From NCBI RefSeq assembly GCF_000143415.4, contig NW_003314325.1, positions 838,086 through 902,085 on the forward strand: DNA of 64,000 nucleotides. The letters run 5' to 3'. Shown here in pieces: positions 48,174-62,461 of the stretch (positions within the stretch are counted from its first letter, which is position 1; each line of letters begins with the position of its first letter). The notes beneath the pieces were generated by a model, which worked only from the letters and a program-made list of their open reading frames with translations, did no database searches and was not told the DNA's origin. The translations under genes were made by a program, and so were the position numbers. This DNA is from Selaginella moellendorffii (Eukaryota; Plantae; Lycopodiophyta).

Positions 48174-51100
48174 TGAAACGAATCGACTCAACTAGAGATT
48201 GAATTGATAACACGCTGTTATAATCTATCTCAGTCTAACTGTCGCGACCGTTGACTCTTCAGCTTGTTGGCATATTCCCCTGAATATTAACACTCCCACT
48301 CAAGCTGAACGTCGACGTTGCGTCAGTTCTTTGGCTGCACTCTAAGTGCCTGTGCATGCTGCTGGAACAGAGCTGGAGCAAGAGCTTTGGTGAAGATATC
48401 CGCCACCATCTCCTTGGTAGTGCAGTAGACCAGCTCCACAGTCTGCAGAGCAACCTGTTCACGTATAAAATGGAACTGAACCTGAATGTGCTTGGTCCTG
48501 CGATGGAACTTCGGATTTTTCGCCAATGCTATGGCTCCTTGATTATCGCAGAAGAGCTTCGTCGCTTCCTCCTGCTTATAGCTGAGCCCGTCCAGCAAAG
48601 TTCTCAGCCAAATGCACTCCTTGGCTGCTTGAGTGATGCCGATATACTCTGCCTCAATGCTTGACAATGCTATGACTGGCTGTTGCTGGCTGTTCCATGT
48701 AACCGCTGCACTGCCCAGAGTAAAAAAATAACCTGAAGTTGATCGCTGCTGATCCACTTCGCTAGCCCAATCTGCATCTGAGTATCCCTGAAGCAGCAGC
48801 CACGAGTGCTTTGTCTGGCGCTCATAGCTTAGCACAAACTCGCTGGTGCTCTTCAGGTACCGGAAAATCCACTTAACGGCTTGCCAATGCTGGAAGCCGG
48901 GGTTGGCCAAGAACTGGGACACTACTCCCACTGAGTAGGCAATGTCCGGACGAGTACACACCATCAGGTAGACCAGGCTGCCCACCATCTGACGGTATGG
49001 AATCCGATCCATCGCTCGCTTGTCACCTTCTGTGGCCGGAGACATCTCCTGACTAAGATGCAATCCCACCTCCATTGGTGTTGACGCCGCACTGACGTCC
49101 TGAAGCTTGAACTTCTCGAGCAGCTCGTCAATGTACTTCTTTTGTGACATCTGAAGCACACTCCTCCCCCTGTCACGGAAGATCTCAATGCCGAGGCAGT
49201 ACTTGACTGGTCCAAGGTCCACCATCTTGAATTTGGAGCTCAGGTCCTGCTTCAGCTGCTGAATCAGCCGCTTGCTCTTGCTGAGCAGCAGACAATCATC
49301 CACATAAAGGGCTAGGATGATGAGCTTGCCTCCCACTTGCTTCTGGTACACGTTGGTGTCTGCTGACATGCTGGTGAAGCCAAGTGACAGCAGAAACGAG
49401 TTCATCTTTGAGAACCACGCTCGGGGTGACTGCTTCAACCCGTAAAGGGCCTTTTTAAGACGACACACAAGGTGCTCCTGGCCTGGCTTGACAAAGCCTG
49501 CCGGCTGCTCGATATAGACCTCCTCATCAAGGTCACCGTTGAGGAATGCTGTGGTTACGTCCATGTGCTCCACCTCCATATCCTCCTGAGCAGCTAAATT
49601 GAGCAGCAGTCGGATAGAGGTGAGCTTCACCACTGGTGAAAAAGTCTCGTAAAAATCCACACCTTCGACCTGAGAAAATCCGCGAGCTACAAATCGGACT
49701 TTGTGTCGAGTGCTGCCATCCGGAGTCGTCTTCACTCGCAGGAGGAACTTGGTTTTGATTACCTTCCGCCCTAGTGGGAGCTTCACTAAGTCCCACGTCT
49801 GGTTCGCCATCAACGCATCGTATTCCACCTGACGAGCGGCTTCCCACTTGGATGCGTCTGGACCAGCTAAGGCTTCCTCCAAGGTCTGAGGCACCAAAGC
49901 ATCTCTGCCTTGGCTGAAGAGTAGCATGAACGTTGACCCTTCCTGTTCTGCACCTGCCTCCTCGCTGGAAGCAAAGTAAAACGACTCACCAGAGCCTGAG
50001 GGAGCTTGAGGAGCCGATGCTGCTCTTTCTCTCACTGCCTTAGCCTCTGCTCTGGACTCACGCTTGGCAACAGCAAGATCACGCTGCTCCTGGTACTGGT
50101 GCCCTGCCTCTGTGAGCTTTGTTACTCGAGTGGATTGACGTAACGGTGGAGCTGAAACGGCAACCTCTCTGCCATCTGAAGCCTGCTGATCAAGACCCAC
50201 TGCCTGATCACTCGCTTGAGAGCTCCCCCCCTGATCGGCCTGACTCCCACCCGCTGGTGAGATCGGATTACCGCCACCTGCAGCTGGAGGCTCACTAACT
50301 CCAGCTCCGATTGCTGAACCTGGCCCCAGATCACGCTGGCTCCCACCGGCTCCATGCCCTGTGGCTGAACCCTGCGTACCTGGCTGGCGTCCGCTCCTCG
50401 TTCTCCCATAACTCGCTGCCCTAACTTCTTCATCCGAGTTATCCGAGTCCGAGGTAACCTCGGGCGATACCAAAGTTGGCGGTGGTGGGAGGGCCCGAGT
50501 GCCGTAAGTTCTGGTCTCATCGAAGATGACATCTCTGGCCACGATCAACTTCTGAGTCTCCAGGTTGAACAACTTGTAGCCTTTCATTTGTTCGGAGTAG
50601 CCGACGAGAACACACTTCTGACTGGTTCTTTCAAGCTTGCTGCGATGATGTCGCTTTACATGAGCGTAGCAGACACTCCCGAACACTCGCAGATGGCTGA
50701 TGTCTGGTTTACTCCCATACCAAGCTTGATAGGGAGTTTGACCCGAAACTGCAACAGTGAGCTGTCTGTTCCTTAGATAACCGGCGGTCTCCATCGCCTC
50801 ACACCAAAAAAACTTTGGAAGGCCTGAGTCTTCCAGTAGGGTTCTTGCTACATCTTGCAGCGTCCTGTTCATCCTCTCTGCTACACCGTTTTGCTGCTGA
50901 GTGTCTGGGATGGAGAATTGACGTTGTATTCCAGCTGAACTACAAAACTCATCAAATTCTCTCGACACAAACTCGCCACCGCCATCGCTCCTGAATGCCT
51001 TGATCAGCTTTCCTGTCTGGAGCTCCACCTGAGCTTTGTAGTCCTTGAACTTCTGGAACACCTCTGATTTCTTCCTCAGGAACTTGATGGCCACGATGCG

Positions 51101-53033
51101 AGAAAAATCGTCCACGAACGTGACAAAGTACTGTTTCCCGTCTCTGGACATATTCGGCATCGTGCCAACATCAGAGTGAACCAAGTCCAGGATTCCCTTA
51201 GCTCGGTTAGTGGATGCAGTTGGATGAGGGAGCTTGTGAGCTTTACCCAGTGCACACGGCTCGCAAAACGAGCTGCCACCTGCTGGAGGAGTTATGCGGA
51301 GGCCGATCACCAGCTCCTGCTTGCTTAGCTGCTTCAACGCCTGCTGGTTGGTGTGACCCAATCTCCTGTGCCAAGTCGCAGTGTCGACTGCCTTCTGGGC
51401 ACCGGCGTAGCACAACCGCTGTGGCTGGATCACTTCTGCATTCAGCCTGTAAAGGCCCGAGTACCTACGTCCACTGGCCAGCATCTTGTCATCTGATCCT
51501 TTGATCCTGCAGCCATTGTTGTCAAACTCGACTTTAAGGCCATGATCAGCGATCTTCCCGACTGAGAACAGCATCTTCGGGACTCCAGGAACGTAGTACA
51601 CGTTGTGAATGGGAACCACTTGTCCAGATGCTAGCTGCACCTGAGTTGTCCCCACACCTTTCACTTCATGAGAGTAGTCATCGCCTAGGTAAATCCTCTG
51701 GTCCTTGACTGGTAGCAGCTTGGAGAACAGCTCTCGGACGTGTGTCATGTGCTGGTTTGCTCCGGAGTCGACCCACACAACCTCTGCTGCTGTGGTACTG
51801 ACTGTACTCACTCGATCGGGCTGTGTCGGCTGGTGACTCTAGTGCTTCTCTGCACTCACCCTCCTTGCCATGAACAGACTGTCATGGCACTCAGCTTCAT
51901 CTTCATCTTCCTCATCTGAAGTTGCTGCCTCTCTCTTCGAATGAGCAGATTTTGCATAGTTTGCCACCTGCTTCTTCTTGCCTTTCTTCGCCATCGCATC
52001 CTTCCTGGCCTGCCATGCCTTCTTTGCCTCAGCATGAGTGCAGTCTCTGGCAAAATGACCTGGTGCTTTGCATGCGTTGCATCTGTCATCACGTTTGTTG
52101 CGCTTGCTCTTGCTGGTGCCGCCTTTGTCCACCTTATTCACTGGGCCCAGCCGATCCCACACTGTGGTTGACCGCTTGCCGTTTGCTGTGAACAGAGCAA
52201 GTTCTACCTTCTCCTCCTTGTTCTTTTCCTCGGGGCTGAGGAAGTTCTCAAGAGCTGAGAGTTCTGCAACAATCTCCTCAAAGGTGAGGTGAGAATTCAT
52301 GAGATGGGCTCCAGAAACGAGTAAGGTTGTGGAGAGTCCCTTGAACAGCGCTGATGTGAGCTCGTCGTCACCGACCGGATTCTCCTGAGCGTCAGTGATC
52401 TGCTGTGCAAGGCCCATAAGGCGACTGGCATAGTCATTTACTGAACTACTGCCCTATTGACACCCGTTGAACTGGGTTTTCAGATCGATCAACCGTGCCC
52501 TGGTGCATGTGCCAAAAACCTGGCAGATCTTCTCCCAATTCGCCTTCGCTGTATCCTCCATGTTCAGGTGGCTCCTGTATCTTTTTGCCAGAGCGCGACC
52601 TAAGATGCCCAACGCCTCGTCGTTCTTGGCATCCCAATCCTTGCGCTCTGCTTTCAAGGTGTCCACCGGATCCTCATCCTTTGTTTCTTTTTCACCCTCC
52701 TTCGCTTTCTTCTTGGTCTGCCGGACTGGTGATGGAGGTTGCCGTTCCTTTCCCCTCACCACATTCCACAGATCCTTTTCCAGGAAGTAGAGTTGCATCT
52801 GAAGTTTCCACGACGGAAAATCTTTGCCATCGTAGACTTCGAGCACTTGCGACGACGACGGAGACATGCTGCTGCGGGAAACTCGTCTTGATCAGAATCT
52901 GAGCTCCGATACCATGAAACGAATCGACTCAACTAGAGATTGAATTGATAACACGCTGTTATAATCTATCTCAGTCTAACTGTCGCGACCGTTGACTCTT
53001 CAGCTTGTTGGCATATTCCCCTGAATATTAACA
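48174..53033 (-). mobile_element. Full-length Ty1/copia LTR retrotransposon
   Basis: Identical 119-bp LTRs (48174-48292, 52915-53033; TG..CA), TSD TGTTT (48169-48173, 53034-53038), PBS TGGTATCGGAGC (52914-52903), PPT GAGTGGGAG (48301-48293). Confidence 0.97.
48323..52867 (-). CDS. Copia gag-pol polyprotein in one frame, interrupted by two in-frame TAG (52454-52456, 51839-51841)
   Basis: Gag N-terminus, CNACKAPGHFARDC zinc knuckle, DSGA protease, HRRLGH..CEPC plus DDE integrase, YVDD RT, YSDADWA..EAEY RNase H; INT before RT indicates copia. Confidence 0.93.
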
Positions 53034-54218
53034 TGTTTCACATTTACAATAGGTTATGTTCGCGACAAATGACCACTCCAGGTGGAAAGCCGTGGCATGG
53101 TGGTGATCAGGCTTCCAAATGCAGCTGCCCAACACTCGCATCCCCCACTATCCTTCCAGTGCTCGCAGCCTACCATGCCCCAAGGAGACAAACACTTCAC
53201 CCCAGGGAGTCAGAGCAGCGACTGCACCTTGAGCAAGCTCCAGATCCAGCCAAGCTCGAAAACATTCGTCACAGATGGGTTGCCAAAACTAGTTTCTTAT
53301 CATCCGCCCAGGAAAGCGCAACATCGGCCAAACGACTAGTGATGATAACATGAGGCCAACATTGCTGTAGCACCTGGACGATTGCAGCTAGAACCCTGTT
53401 GTCAACTAGTGACATCGGGTAAAAATCAAGTCATATCAATCACTTACGTCAGAAGGAAGAACTCCTTTCTTCACTCCTGCAGGAAGAAGAGGTCATCCAT
53501 TCCGAGACTAGCAAATTCTTCTGAGCTGCTAGAAGATGAGCTGAGCCTGGGCGAGACATTTTAGAACCAAGTAAGCTTGGCACTGGAGCAGCTCCAATGC
53601 CGCATTGGGACTCACATCCGATCCGCACGAAATCTCTCCGCCGCAAAAAAGATAAAATATCGAACCAAAACACGATTCGAGCTGCTTGCTACTCACCAGG
53701 AGCAGCGCGCGTGAAACACTTCTTCGAGTTGCCCGTTTCGGGCAAATGTTGTTATCGTTTCAGTCCGTACCTTTCGGGCGTCAATGAAAAACCTTTTCGC
53801 CTATTCCCTCTACTCAAGCGCAAAAGTAGTTACTGACTGGTCTTGATGAAAATCCAATTGTTGCTTGAGCTTTCTCAGCTCCAGTAGACCAAGCACAGAA
53901 CAAATGCAAGGAGCAGCTTGAATCCGTGAGTCGCTGTCCCCCTTGCTGGATGGATCGTGGAAAACTAGATCCAGAGCAATCTTTGCCACATATGTCACCA
54001 GGCTGCCTGCGGGCCCGTTATAGCCCAGGAACATAAAACCATGGTTTCTCATCGTTTTGAGTTGTGGACTTGCAGATGTGAGCTTGGTGGCTGCAAAGGA
54101 CGACCTTGGCTAGACAAAATATTTTCTCTCATTTTTTATGTTTCTTCGTTTTCTTTTTTCTTCAGGCTCGAAAGATCAGGAAGCTCCTCCACACCAGCTA
54201 CCAACGAATCAAAGATAA

Positions 54219-54282
54219 TGCGGTGAGCGTGGATCGAACACGCGGCCTTCAGATCCAGTCTGACGCTCTCCCAAACTGAGCT
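54219..54282 (-). pseudogene. tRNA-Phe pseudogene
   Basis: Same anticodon-loop deletion as the copy at 12683. Confidence 0.85.
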
Positions 54283-55041
54283 TGGATGGTTTTAGACAAT
54301 AATTTCAATATGATTTAGTTAAAATGTAAAGCTTACCTCTACAATGAGAGGTTGGGGGCTCCGGCGATTTCGATCAAACCACTACAGCGGCTACTCTATA
54401 AACTCCTCTTCAATATCCTCATCCCAGTCGCATAGAATAAGTTTATTACTGTCTATAAAATGCCGGAAATGAGTAAAATCACTTGGACCGGACTGATTGC
54501 AGCATTTGCCCAAAATGGGCATCTAGGAGAAACCAGGCAAAGAGAAGTCCATAGCATCATGGACGGCGATCAGGCCTCAATGTCCCCGGATGTTGTATAT
54601 GGTACGGTGTCCTGGACAGTGATCGATCCAAAACTCCAGGCCCTCAATTTCTTCCAGAAGTTCCATATGGGCACGAAAACCCTGTTCTTATCTCTGCGTG
54701 CTATCCTGGACCAGGCAGCAGCTCTTCGATTCGATGCCCGAGATGGATCTCATCAGCTCCAGGGCGGCGTTCCAGGCATTGCGTGTTTGATTCCATGCCC
54801 GAGCACAACGCGGGGATCACTGGAGGTGACGCGCTAGGCTGAGGCGAGATGGGCGATCGCAAGGCAAGGGTGAGCGGGCTGATCCTCGAGGAGATTCCCT
54901 TCAACCATCGTGACCGTTCTTGAGAGGGGAGATTTGCGGAGCTTGTTCCGATTTACGTAATCAAAAAGGCAATGCTTGAATATGGGTTAAATTAGAAGAG
55001 CGAGTTTGTGTGAATTACATGAACTTGGTTACTCCTTTGTT

Positions 55042-56210
55042 TCAAAGAGGACTTTCTGGTACAGTGACGATCTTGCAACCCATTTCCAGCTTCACCTTTG
55101 GTGTGATGTACTCTCCAGCCATGATATATTCGGACATGATCTCGTAAAAGTGCTCTGTGTGAATGCCATCAAAAGTGAAATACTTGCTGGGATCCTTACA
55201 CACCGTGTAAACAGCATTGGTCTGGTTCAGTGGAGCACACCCGCAAAGACCCTCACCATCACAGTTAAACTTGCCACCTCCACCGCAGCATGACTGGAGC
55301 GAGTTCGTGAAGCCAAACTCTTTCATATTCTCCAAAACATAGGTGTTTGCTGCAAACCAATCGAAATAATACACAGTGAGACCCTGGTATTTTTGCGTCA
55401 GCTCCTCCGTCAGCCTCTGGATGTTGGTGTTGAAGTAGGAGATAATCTGGGCAATCTCAACAATGCAACCATCCTTTTCATAGTGGAATGTACCAGCGGG
55501 GTACTGTTGGAAAGATTGGAGATAGTTTGGAGAGCAATCGGCACAGGGCATGTTGTAGAGCACAACATGACGAGCTCCGTGAGCATATAGCTTCTGAATT
55601 CCATCGGCCAGGCCTTGGATCACGGCCGGGATGGTGACGTTGATCACGTAGCCGCCTCCCAGTGGCAAACCAAAGTTGATATCGTCCCCTCCAATCTCGA
55701 CCGAGTAGAGTGCATTCTCGTACCATGGTTTGCTCGCCTGGCGACCATATCGACCCACGACAAACTCCTGGTGGCGCACGAAGTCGTCAACCTGGGCGGA
55801 AAAGACATGGGCTCGAGTATGGCTGGTTCTCGACCTTGATCACCGTGGCTCCGGCGTATCCAAAGTTGAGGCTCTCGAACTCGGTGCCATTGTACTTGAG
55901 GCTGGGAGTTCCAAGGTTGTCGAGGCGGAGCTTCTGGAGCAGGAGGTCGGGGATGACGAGCCCGTCGCAGTAGCGTCCAGTGGGCTTCCCGTAGGTGATC
56001 CCGTATGGGTACCTGCCCGATAGGGTCTTGCCGCCACCGGCTTCAATGTCGCGGTTGCCGCCATCGCTGAGAGAATCTGCAAAGGTGAAGACTGCGGTTG
56101 GACAGATCGACGAGCTCGACTTTGGCGTTGGTTGCTCGTGCCTGAGAAAGCAGCACAATGTTAAACAAAAGAGCAAAGATTGCAAGAGCAGTTCCAGAAC
56201 AAGAAGCCAT
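55042..56210 (-). pseudogene. GDSL lipase pseudogene (copy 4)
   Basis: Frameshifts near 56130 and 55805; codon deletion in DGIH(Y)TE. Confidence 0.9.
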
Positions 56211-59200
56211 CACAGCTGATGGATCTGTAGAAGTGTTGGAGGCCAAAGTTTATATAATGGATCCCAATCTCTTGAACAAGAGCTATCACATCTAAAACTA
56301 GTTCCATATCCATATTTCGAGTTAACAAAGAGATTGAAATATCTTCAGAGAGTTAAGTAAAAGGTTAATAAGCCAGTCAGCCCTAAAGCAGATAATCTGC
56401 TCGTGGAGTTGTATGGCAAATGTGGCAGCGCCAACGACGCTCGGGCCGAACATCTTCTCTAGGGATTTAATTCTCTTGGTGATCTTAGCCTAGTGAGGTC
56501 TTACTTGAGGCTGGAACCTTGCTTGATCGATCCTGACCTTTGCAGATTGCTAGAGACCTTCTGAGAATGTATGGATCGCTCCAGGAGGCTCGATTGGCTG
56601 GCGAGAGTCTTAAGAAGTTGGGCCAGAGAAATATGGTGGCTTGGAATGCGATGAAAGACGCTTATGCCTAGTGTGGGCTATGCAAAGAAAGGCATTTGCG
56701 ATTTACGAGAGGATGCTTACAAATTCACGTACACAACCCTTCTCTCCTGCTATGACAATCTGGGCGACGTAGAAAAGATCCAGCGCACCACTGCATTTAG
56801 GAATCCAGAGATGGGGGCTGTGGACTGCAATCCTCCAGGACCTAAGGATCATGACAACAAGGTTTCGAGCGAGCAGCTTTATGCTGCCTGCTCTCCTCCA
56901 GATCCTTTCTGTTGTATGCCCAGTATGCGCCTCAGCCGCTCGTCGGGGTATCGTGGATGGTGGCCAATACATGTACACATGTAGGCCGGGAGAGTTCTTT
57001 CATCGTCTCGTGGACTGCCATGATCACGAATTACGCCAAGCACGGCCGGAGCGATGGAAAATGAGATGGCCTCCAAGATTGCGTGGTATAAAAAATTTTC
57101 TATTCAAATTCTTCCACTTCCAATCGGCCTGCTCTTCTTGTGGGCTGGAAAATCTGGATATTTCTGATCTTCCTTCCTGTGCCCTTGATCTATCGGTAGC
57201 TACTGCAAGATAGATCCGTGCAGGCTAGATGCCCGATTCCTCGAATGCAATATCGCCATGTATCTTGCGGTCTAGCGTCCTTGCGATCAATCTATTCTGT
57301 TCATTGCCACCGATCCTTTCTGATCGAGCCTTTTTCTTTCTGCATGGATGCGTTTTCTCTCGCTTTGAGCATAGGAAATGGTGGCGAGATTTTCATTCGA
57401 AACTTCGCGCAGCTTGATCGAATCATCAAAGACACAAGGCCATGCTTGGACTCCAGAGATTTAAGGTGTACTTGCGATGATCGAGAGAGGTTTTGTGGAG
57501 AACATATTTCTGAACGAGGAGGCTCGAGAAAGAAAATGGCAAAGATCAGGTTCTACAGAACAAAAAAGTGATCAATGCTCGATATGATTCACATTACCCC
57601 ACAAGGTACATTTGTGTCATATATCTTCTTTCTGGCTTTTTAACTTGGGTGCTTTTTTGTGTGAAGGTGGTGAACAAAACACATTTGTGGGGAGGAACTT
57701 ACATTCTTCGAAAGGATCAAGCCAGGGGCTTTTGCAAGAAAGGTGGGAAACATTTTCGCAAATGTTCTTCTATCCATCCCAGCTCTTGGCGTATCCTTCC
57801 ACTATTCTCAAGCTTGCAAACATATCAAGCTCTAAAACCACAAGCTCCAGTCGGCCATGATCATCATGGCCTCATATCTTTGTTTGAAGATAATATCACT
57901 GAGATGTTTGTGTGTGAGAAGGATTCATACCTGCAACTTTTGCGATGGAGCAAGAAATTTCTAATGTTTGTTTATTTTGCTAGATGTCGTGAACAAGCAA
58001 GGAGGACGAGCAAGCGGTGACTGCCAGGCTGGAGGAGGAGCATAGAATCAGTTAGAACGCTCAAAGTTCGTGGGTGTGACCATAACCGGAGAAAGCATAT
58101 CAGCTATTTTGTTGTACGCTTGTTTCTTCCAGTTGTATAAGAATTCAATCCAAGGGTCCCGTAGGAAGTGCCAACTTTGCTATGGCCTCGTCCAGCTTTA
58201 TCGCAAAGTCTGAAGGACATCCAGAGCAAGCCAGAGTAAGACGTTTCCCGTGAGTGGCGATCCACCGAGCACCCTCTGAGAGAGCTTCGAGCCTGTCTGC
58301 CGGTACCATCTTCTGACACCATCCGTCGACTGACTTGGAGCTTAGGAGAAGTTGACAGCGTCTTTTTTAAGGTACTAACACGATCTCCCCTCCAGGAAGA
58401 AGGGAAGCGTCTCTTTCCCCGTCTAGAACCCGATCGGAAACGTTGAGAATTCCTTACCTTGGAAAAACTGGCAGATATCAAGGGATCATCACAGTTCGTC
58501 GTTTCTTCATCATAAATTTGATTTTATCATTTGGATATGTTTGCGTCTAGAGTTTCGCCAGAGGAGGAAAATTTGAGTTCAACTTATGAGTTGGATCCTC
58601 CCGGTTTGATAGTGGAGTCGAAAAGCTCGATGCGTCCATAGTGTTCCCGTTTGAGATTCACCGCTGCTTTGGGTGCTCGGTCTTTTGTTGCTTAAAGCTG
58701 CTCTATGCATCAATGCCGCTTGCGCTTCTTCTTCTTTATTGTCTCTTTCTCTTAGACCTCGTGATGCAAGTGCGAGGCCGGACCGAGCTCACGAGCTCAA
58801 AAGTCAATGCAGGGTCAATTATAGTCAATGCAAGGTCTTCAAAGACTGTGTCTTCATTTGCTCAAGCTCGCCCCAAGCTCTTCTCGAAAAACCGCAGACC
58901 CAGGTGGTATAATCAAATGCCGGAAATGAAGGCATTTCTTTGGACCGGAATGTAAACAGCATGTACCCTACCCGGACTCGAGAAGAAGACTATATCTGGC
59001 GATGCTCCACGGGTACAAAACACTCGGATCGATCCAGTAAGAAGACCTTGGAAAAACCGGCAGATCTCAATAAGAAGGTAAATTCCAATTTGCCACTCTA
59101 CATACTCATTTGGTTATCTTGTTAGTTATGCGTCGTTCTACAGAGCGAAAGTTGTAGCCTCTGCCGAGGATCTGGCTAAGCAGTATGCCCAAAAGCTGTT

Positions 59201-59455
59201 TATGAGGTTAAGGGAGATTCCGAATACAAGTTAAATTTTGGTAAAGGTGGACTTGTGGCTATGCTACTTTATGACAATAAAACAGCCCTAATAAAGGCCA
59301 AAATCATTGCCATTGGCAATGGAAATGGATGCCCCTTGAGCACTTTATTCTCTAGTCACCTCAACATCAAACAATAGCAAATAACAAACTTGATAGCCAT
59401 GTAGAGGCTATGGATCCTACTCGAAAACATGGAAGAACACATTACAAACAAAGAT

Positions 59456-59762
59456 CTATCCCATCAGTGGCGGTGGCGCATAGTGTGGGTTCATGTTCGC
59501 GCCTGGACCGCCATAGTCGCTGATCTCTCTAAGGGGAGGGGGCGCGCCGTAGTGTGGGTTCCTGTTTGCCCCTGGGCCGTCATAGTCGCTGGTGTGGACC
59601 TCTCCAAGGAGCTTCCTGCCGTTGAGAGCCTGGAAGAAAAAAGAGCGAGACAGAGAGAGAAGAAGAAGAAGGAGAAGGAGAAGAACTGAAAGTTAACAAC
59701 AGAAAATGTGAAACGTAGGAGAAGATTATCAACCTGGCCCTGTGAGGCCAGCAAGCTCGCAT
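59456..59762 (-). pseudogene. PSY-like precursor lacking exon 1 (exons 2-3 intact)
   Basis: ALNGRKLLGEVHTSDYDGPGANRNPHYGAPPPLREISDYGGPGANMNPHYAPPPLMG*; intron 1 is fused to a PPR remnant at about 59795. Confidence 0.8.
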
Positions 59763-62461
59763 CTGCAAACCAACTCAAAACAGTAAGAAACGAGTTCTGA
59801 ATGAGTTACAAGAAGTTTGGGCAGAGAGATCTGGTGGCTTGGACCGCGATGAACGACGCTTATGCCCAGTGCGGGCTATGCAAAGAGGCATTTGCGACTT
59901 ACTAGAGGATGCCTTGACAGATTTACGTACACTCCTGAGTATTCATGCTTGTCTCGTGAGGGATGGAATCAAATGGGACGTCGTCATTGGTCGCTGTGGA
60001 AATCCCAGGCAGTGTCATGTTCGGCATAAGCACAGGCATGATCAACACAATCAGCATGGAGTTTCTGTGCTCTCAGGGACGATCTTGTCAATTAGTTGTT
60101 CTTTGGAAGTCAAGGGAGAATGAGGAGGTGTTTGCTCTATAGCTTCGACTTGGTGTTTTGGAACGCCATGGTTTGGGCTTGCCGCGTTCTAACTGCGTGT
60201 GCTACCAGTTGCCAGCATGCGCTGCTTCAAACGAACGAACTCCATGATCGAGCGGCCAGTTTGGATCCAGTTGTGGTACTCCAAGCCTCAGAGGCTCGGC
60301 CTTGGATGGACAAACGAGATGCAGTGGTGCAAAGCTCCTAAACGTTAGTTTCTATCCTTGTAACGGGCCCTTATCCAGGACTTGGCGATGGATCTGTCTA
60401 GCATCCTTGTGATCAATTCGATGCCATCAATCTTTCCTGATCGAGTGTTTTTCTGTCTGCAGAGATGCTGAATTTTACAAGGAAATAGGAAAAAAATAAA
60501 AAAATAAAAATTGAAACTTGCGCAGCTTGATCGAATCATCAAAGACACAAGGCCATGCTTGGATTCTAGAGATCCTCTTCAAGATGTACTTGCAATGATC
60601 GGGGAGAGAGGCTTTGTGGAGAATATATTTCTGGATGAGGCTCGAGAAAGAAATTGCCAAGGATAAGGTTCTACAGGAAAAAAAAGCTGATCAAAGCTCA
60701 CATTTGTGTCATATCTCTTTTTTTTTTTGTTTTTACTTGCGTTTCAGAGAAGTGCAGGTATGAATCCTTCTCACACACAAACATCTCAGTGTGATATTAT
60801 CCTCAAAGAAAGATATGAGGCCGTGATAATCATGGGCAGATCGGCCGACTGCCTCATGAGAACACAACACGCTTGCGTTTTTCCTGGAGGGGAGATCGTG
60901 CACGTAAACATCACAGAGCGAGGACCTAGCTCAACCCGAACAGAAACGTTAACTGTGGAAAACCGGCAGGAATCATGTCGACCTTCGTATCAAAATTGTT
61001 GACCATGTGGCATAGGGCGTCTTCCAAATATCCAGAATACCCAACCGAGGCAAATGCGTCATTGCAACACACGCATTTCTTCTCTGGTGCCAAATCCGGA
61101 TATGGCCTCTTTCACAACACCAGCATCGGCAAAAACACCAAGCATTGTCGCCCAATTCCTCCAGTTCCGGGCTCATGCCTTTTCTTTCTGTGAGCAATAG
61201 GACATTTCCGCACTTGTTGCGTTTGCCAACAGCCACGATAAAACTCAGTTCCTACACATTCCCGCAGGCATGTCAATGTTAGCAGCAGAATGGGTTTCTA
61301 CGCGGAAGGAAGTGGATCCCTCCCGCGTAAAGCACATAAAGTCGGCGGTATAAGATACGCGTATCCGAATATAGGATAAAGCCTTTTTATGCAAAGAAAA
61401 CGTAAACCATTAAAAAGGCTGTAATATATTTTATTTAAAACATCTCGTTTAGTTTTGTTTGAATGTATGTTGTGGCGCGCTGTTTCCTACGCGTTAGAAG
61501 CCCCGCTGCCAATGCCATCCTCACCAAGACAGTTGCTTTCCATGGATGATGCCATGGGATGCTTAAAGAATCGCAAACCTGCCTCGATCTGCCATGGCCT
61601 CCCACCGCCATAGCTATGGCGAGTCTAGGAAATGATCCTTACCCAATTAGCTCCTTGCCAGAGGCGCCATTCTGGATTTCAATCCCCGAGCGATTGAGTT
61701 GGCGGAGAAAGCGATCCGGCCAACCCAGCCTCGAGCTCCCAGGGTCAGGGATGAGCAATCGAGAGCTTGAAGCTCCCATCTTCTACGATGCATGATAGTT
61801 AGTCGCATGGAAAGTAAGAAAAACACAGATCTGTGGGCGAGGGCAAGCGCATTGACGAGAAAATTGTCTCCTGCGGCCTCGATCGTCATAGCTTCCTCAC
61901 GAACCTCGTCATGGAAATGTATGGAAAGTACTGGCGCGGGGGATACGTCTTGGGAATCTTCCACAAGACGGAAGATGGAGATGTTTTCTTTGCGGCATTT
62001 GCCCAAAACGGGTAAGTTCTGGCGTTCTCCCGGCAAATGCCTCTCGATCTAATTCCGTCACATTCTTGCAGCTAATCCCGATGCAAGCTCTCGTCTTCCA
62101 GGAGATTGAATTCAAGGACGCCAGCTCCTCGAAGGGATCAAGCCCAACCACATCTCCTTTTTCACGGATGGTCAAGCTCCACCTCTCGAGCTAAGACTTA
62201 CCAAAATTCTTCATAAACCGATTAAACAAAACTTTATGTTGGGCAACAAATTCCTTTAGATAGCCGGCACGAACGCCTATGATGCTGATCTACCAGCATC
62301 AACCATTCTCTCGTGAGCAGCTGAACCGTCAAAACGGAAGGTTGACCCTGGGCTTTTCGCATTGGGAGCTTTTCGAGCCCACAAGTATGCTGGCTGCATT
62401 GTCGATATGGTATGAAGTTCGTTTCAATTTCTGAAAACCATTGGACTTCACAAACTTCTAA

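Larger units (their letters stand above)
53213..59795. repeat. Segmental duplication unit 4
   Basis: Collinear with about 17460-23975 (GAGCAGCGACTGCACCTTGAGC start). Confidence 0.82.

Noticed and set aside
51839-51841. Programmed gag-pol read-through
   Set aside because: No CARYYA-type context, and a second TAG inside gag points to mutation; kept only as a minor alternative.
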